Positions 60,529-64,000 of a DNA stretch of 64,000 nucleotides are shown here, piece by piece. The notes beneath the pieces are model-generated. The model had not been told where the DNA came from, did not search any database, and saw nothing but the letters and a program-made list of their open reading frames with translations. Numbering within the stretch: position 1 is the stretch's first letter; the number at the start of each line of letters is the position of its first letter. The DNA is from a virus. Its lineage: Duplodnaviria > Caudoviricetes. Location: positions 38,957 to 102,956 of the IMG/VR virus record IMGVR_UViG_3300028591_000014; one strand, written 5' to 3'. The translations under genes and the position numbers were made by a program.

Positions 60529-60606
60529 TAACGCAGGTGTTGCGTATTCGGTTGCAAACGGTGTAAAATTTTTTAAAAATGCAACTTTTTGCGATATTAT
60601 GCGTTA
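60529..60606. promoter_or_regulatory. Back-to-back bipartite motifs TGCAAC-N14/15-TGCGTTA; putative divergent promoters
   Basis: Minus copy 60556-60529 and plus copy 60580-60606, located exactly at the strand switch. Confidence 0.6.
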
Positions 60607-60659
60607 GGGGTTCGTAAATCCCCCTAAGAACCCCCTAATATAATATATATTATATATAC

Positions 60660-61070
60660 ATGAAGAAAACTAATAGAAGTATTATAGACACTTATACTAC
60701 TATATATTTTGTAGATATAGTAGTAGCTAACGAGTATACAACACTAGAAGAACTAAAGAAATTGTATACTTACATGGACAAAGAAGAGTTAGATGATTGT
60801 ATACTAAATGGACAATGTACTGTATCTACTGTTAAAAGAAAGTCAGATAAAGTAGACTGTATATTAGTAAAATATAATCATGACATTACTAATCCTAACA
60901 TAGATATAGAAGCAGATAGAATAAATACTATATCTCATGAAGCTACTCATGTGGCTTTAGATATATACGAGGCTATAAACCAGAATGTATGTTTTTGTAG
61001 TCCTGAACCATTCTGCTATTTAGTAGGATATGCAGGTGAATGTATATATAAAACGCTAAATAAGCAATAA
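60660..61070 (+). CDS. Small HExxH metallopeptidase-like protein (136 aa)
   Basis: NTISHEATHVALDI...EPFCYLVGY. Confidence 0.7.
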   Translation: MKKTNRSIIDTYTTIYFVDIVVANEYTTLEELKKLYTYMDKEELDDCILNGQCTVSTVKRKSDKVDCILVKYNHDITNPNIDIEADRINTISHEATHVALDIYEAINQNVCFCSPEPFCYLVGYAGECIYKTLNKQ

Positions 61071-61071
61071 T

Positions 61072-61605
61072 ATGACACAAATTGAACTGAATGCTGTCTT
61101 GTATTACGCTGATTATCTAAGTTTAAGAGATACATCACACCCTGTTACAGACATGTGTAAGTACTTTTTTGTACATAATCACCCCATAAATGCTTCGTAT
61201 ATTGCTGGTTGTGAACCAGAATTTGATGCGTAGAATGAGTATATCATAAAATCATACGATACGTATAGTAAGATATAGAATTCTTTCGGTGATGAGGCTG
61301 TAAATAGCTTTATTGAAGACATTTGTTTCTTACGTGCTTGCGGAATGGTTGACGCTACTAGAATGCTATAGCATATCCATCTTTATAGTTCAAAATACGA
61401 GCGTAATCAAGCGTTTATTCAGTATAAAAAGTGGCAAAAAGAACAACTTTATACTCACACAATATTGAACGAAGATGGAACACCAATAGAACGACAATGC
61501 ACGAAGTATGTCAAACACGCTGAAGAGGCACTTACAAGACAAAAATTACATAACAGCTCTACACAAGATGTAGGAAGCGTAGAAGAAACTGTTGAAATTG
61601 CTTAA
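61072..61605 (+). CDS. Hypothetical protein (177 aa, 3 TAG); absent from ORF track
   Basis: MTQIELNAVLYYADYLSL...; open to TAA 61605 if TAG is read through, filling the gap exactly. Confidence 0.7.
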
Positions 61606-61608
61606 TTT

Positions 61609-62058
61609 ATGAAAAATAACACGAATATATACGATATTGATGGTAATCTTATACGCAAAGCCGGGGATAACCACAAGTTTACAATAGAGGAAGTTGAGGA
61701 AATGGTCGACGAAATGACTGAAAAAGTCGAGCAAAACCCCGATAATGAAGTATACAAAGTATACTTAAACAACCTCCACAGGTATCTCGGAGAAATGTAC
61801 AAGAAGATGTCCGAAAAGGAAATTGCCGAAAAGCTTGCATCAATACAAACATCCCTCCAAAGAGCACATAATGAGGCTGTAGAAGTTGAAGAAGAAAGTC
61901 TTAAAGACGTAAATGACAAACTTGACCAGCTTAAAGACGAATACACAGAGTTTGAAGAGATAAATGAGACAGATAAAGAGGATATTCATCCATTGCACAG
62001 CGGGTCCACAGACTCAGACGGTGGAGTAGATAAAGAAATATTGGAAGACCCACAATAA
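61609..62058 (+). CDS. Acidic hypothetical protein (149 aa)
   Basis: Intact ORF; last 95 nt overlap the amidase gene. Confidence 0.65.
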   Translation: MKNNTNIYDIDGNLIRKAGDNHKFTIEEVEEMVDEMTEKVEQNPDNEVYKVYLNNLHRYLGEMYKKMSEKEIAEKLASIQTSLQRAHNEAVEVEEESLKDVNDKLDQLKDEYTEFEEINETDKEDIHPLHSGSTDSDGGVDKEILEDPQ

Positions 62059-62584
62059 GTGGGTCAACCCAGGCTACCATTACCTCATAAAACCCAATGG
62101 GGAAATAGTACGTTTATAGCCTGAAGACAAGCCTTCTAACGGCGTAGCTGGTTACAATAGTACATCAATAAACGTATGTTACATAGGAGGTGTAGATAAG
62201 AATGGAAAGCCAGTAGATAACCGCACATGGGAGCAAAAAGAGTCTTTAGAATACATAATAAAAGACCTCCATAGTAGATACCCGGATGCAGAAATATTAG
62301 GCCATAGAGATATATGGGGATCTGACAGCCGTAAATGGAAGAAAATGTGCCCTTGTTTTGATGTAAAATCATGGTGGAATGAAGTACTAGAGAAAGAAAA
62401 ACCAGTGGTAGAAGAGCATAATGAGCCAACTGTAGAAGTACCTTGGGTTGGATCCGGAGAAGTTGTTTCTCCTGGGGAAAGCAAGCCATCACAAGCACCT
62501 AGTACTTACACAAGGCCTAATCCAATAGATTTCATAATACAACTTGTTATATTAATATTTAAGTTCATATTTAAAAGACGATGA
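61964..62584 (+). CDS. Endolysin: N-acetylmuramoyl-L-alanine amidase (T7-lysozyme/Amidase_2 type), 206 aa, 2 TAG
   Basis: IFIHCTA, GYHYLI, SINVCYIGG, RT..QK, ILGHRD, KMCPCFDV; TAGs at 62027 and 62117; hydrophobic/basic C-terminal tail. Confidence 0.9.
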
Positions 62585-62805
62585 TAGATCCTAATAAAGA
62601 CGCATTACAACAACTTAGAAGTTATGTATTTGCATCTGTTATAAGTGCAGATAATGATGAGTTTGAGTTAACTGAAAAGCAAAAACAAGATATTATCAGT
62701 CGATATGGTAAATTCAAAGGAGAACCAAACCCAAACTGGGAGTATATATTCGAACCAATCCCAGACGAAGGAACAAGAATTGCGTTAGTAGACTTATTCA
62801 ATTGA
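62581..62805 (+). CDS. Hypothetical protein (74 aa)
   Basis: ATGA overlap with the amidase stop. Confidence 0.6.
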   Translation: MIDPNKDALQQLRSYVFASVISADNDEFELTEKQKQDIISRYGKFKGEPNPNWEYIFEPIPDEGTRIALVDLFN

Positions 62806-62831
62806 ACCTTTAGACATGAAAGACCTATAAT

Positions 62832-63737
62832 ATGAAGTTAATAGACAGTAAAGTAGAGTTATTAGAGCAAGGACCTGGGTTAGTTGGAGCCTTTAAACAG
62901 ATAGAATTAACCGGAAGAACATGTTATAAATCCGAGGATAATATAACTGAAGATAGCTATGAACGCTTCGTAAAAGCGATGGTTAAGAATGATCATACAG
63001 CCATGTTAGAACACGGTACCATATACTTAACTATGCAATATGGGGGAGATAGAGATGAATCTGACAGGATTGAAAAATATACCAAAAATCCATATACAAA
63101 GTGTGTACAAGACAACGGTGTCTACTATATCACTACTAACTATAGAGTAATAGTACAGAATCATTGGGAAGATGATCTAAAATACATCACAGAACCTACA
63201 GAACACCATGTAAAGCGTTACACATTCCGTATAACATGTAACCGTATACAATCCCAAAGTATATGTAGACATAGGCATTTCTCCTTTGCTCAAGAGTCTA
63301 CTAGATATTGTAATTATAGTAAAGATAAGTTTAATCACCAGATAGTATACGTAAAACCAAGCTGGTTAGATATACCAACCGGAGATGTATACTGGTACGA
63401 TGGTATAAATTGGAGAATACAGTACGGAGAAAATCCAAGTGATACACTATCTATAAATAATAATAATATGCCGGAAGATAAAGCAGCGGCTGTATCTGCA
63501 TATTTTGATACTTTAGATAAAGCAGAGAAAACCTATTCTAGGCTGATAAGGTTAGGATGGAAAGCTGAATCAGCAAGAGATGTACTTCCAAATGCCCTAA
63601 AAACAGAGATATGTGTAACAGGATTTGAAGATGATTGGAAACACTTCTTAGACCTAAGATATAGAGGTACAACAGGAAAACCCCACCCAGATATTTATAA
63701 GATTGCAAAAGAGATACATGAAATCCTCGAGGCGTAA
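62832..63737 (+). CDS. thyX: Flavin-dependent thymidylate synthase
   Basis: GRTCYKS, HTAMLEH, RHRHFSFAQESTRY, ARDVLP, WKHFLDLR...PHP. Confidence 0.92.
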   Translation: MKLIDSKVELLEQGPGLVGAFKQIELTGRTCYKSEDNITEDSYERFVKAMVKNDHTAMLEHGTIYLTMQYGGDRDESDRIEKYTKNPYTKCVQDNGVYYITTNYRVIVQNHWEDDLKYITEPTEHHVKRYTFRITCNRIQSQSICRHRHFSFAQESTRYCNYSKDKFNHQIVYVKPSWLDIPTGDVYWYDGINWRIQYGENPSDTLSINNNNMPEDKAAAVSAYFDTLDKAEKTYSRLIRLGWKAESARDVLPNALKTEICVTGFEDDWKHFLDLRYRGTTGKPHPDIYKIAKEIHEILEA

Positions 63738-63777
63738 GCTTCGGGGATTTTTTTTATTTTTTTTTATTTTTTTTTGT
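63723..63777 (+). terminator. Rho-independent terminator after thyX
   Basis: ATCCTCGAGGC-GTAA-GCTTCGGGGAT stem followed by long T-runs. Confidence 0.85.
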
Positions 63778-64000
63778 TGTGTGAGTGTAAAAACGCGAAA
63801 ATTTTTTATATATGTGCAGAAACGAGAAGGAGCAACATATCACTCCCCTATATACGTTATTGCAGTGAAACGTCCCCCCCGTTCACTGTCGCGCTTTTGC
63901 GTTTTTTGGGGGGTGTCTTACTTAATACTTTTTGCTTTATGGATAAGTCACAGATGATTCAGTTAGTCACAGCTAAAACAGGCAAAGCTCGCGTGCTTCG

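Noticed and set aside
26382-62584. TGA reassignment
   Set aside because: TGA ends MCP, portal and others, often in ATGA overlaps with the next start.
63703-63957. ORF 63703..63957
   Set aside because: Translates the terminator's T-runs (poly-Phe); not a plausible gene.

Overview
A 64-kb segment of a crAss-like (Crassvirales-type) Bacteroidota phage that uses an alternative genetic code in which TAG is a sense codon, most likely Gln (table 15). The supplied ORF track is therefore fragmented at TAG, and I rebuilt the genes by reading through TAG and checking in-frame gaps for TAA/TGA. Bases 1-60.5 kb form one leftward late block. In transcription order it carries GroES-like and IHF-like genes, an atypical amber-suppressor tRNA(CUA), a degenerate dUTPase, fibre and adhesin genes (including a ~2,058-aa CotH/LRR protein), an uncharacterised six-gene cassette, terminase, portal, a lysozyme-LysM protein and a scaffold-like protein. 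It continues with the major capsid gene split by a group I intron with an HNH endonuclease, tail ring proteins, holin/spanin-like genes, muzzle, cargo proteins, and a single >=4,506-codon virion RNA polymerase polyprotein that runs off the left edge. A short rightward block (60.66-63.74 kb) carries an amidase endolysin and thyX. The most unusual signals are three anticodon-less tRNA-like mini-RNAs, a suppressor tRNA lacking the GG and TTC elbow motifs, and a ring-protein gene split in two by an inserted fibre gene. Also notable are strand-specific GNA-triloop/tandem-GA DNA hairpins, back-to-back ECF-like promoters at the strand switch, and strongly non-random use of TAG between genes. Family assignments come from motif recognition and gene order, not database searches.
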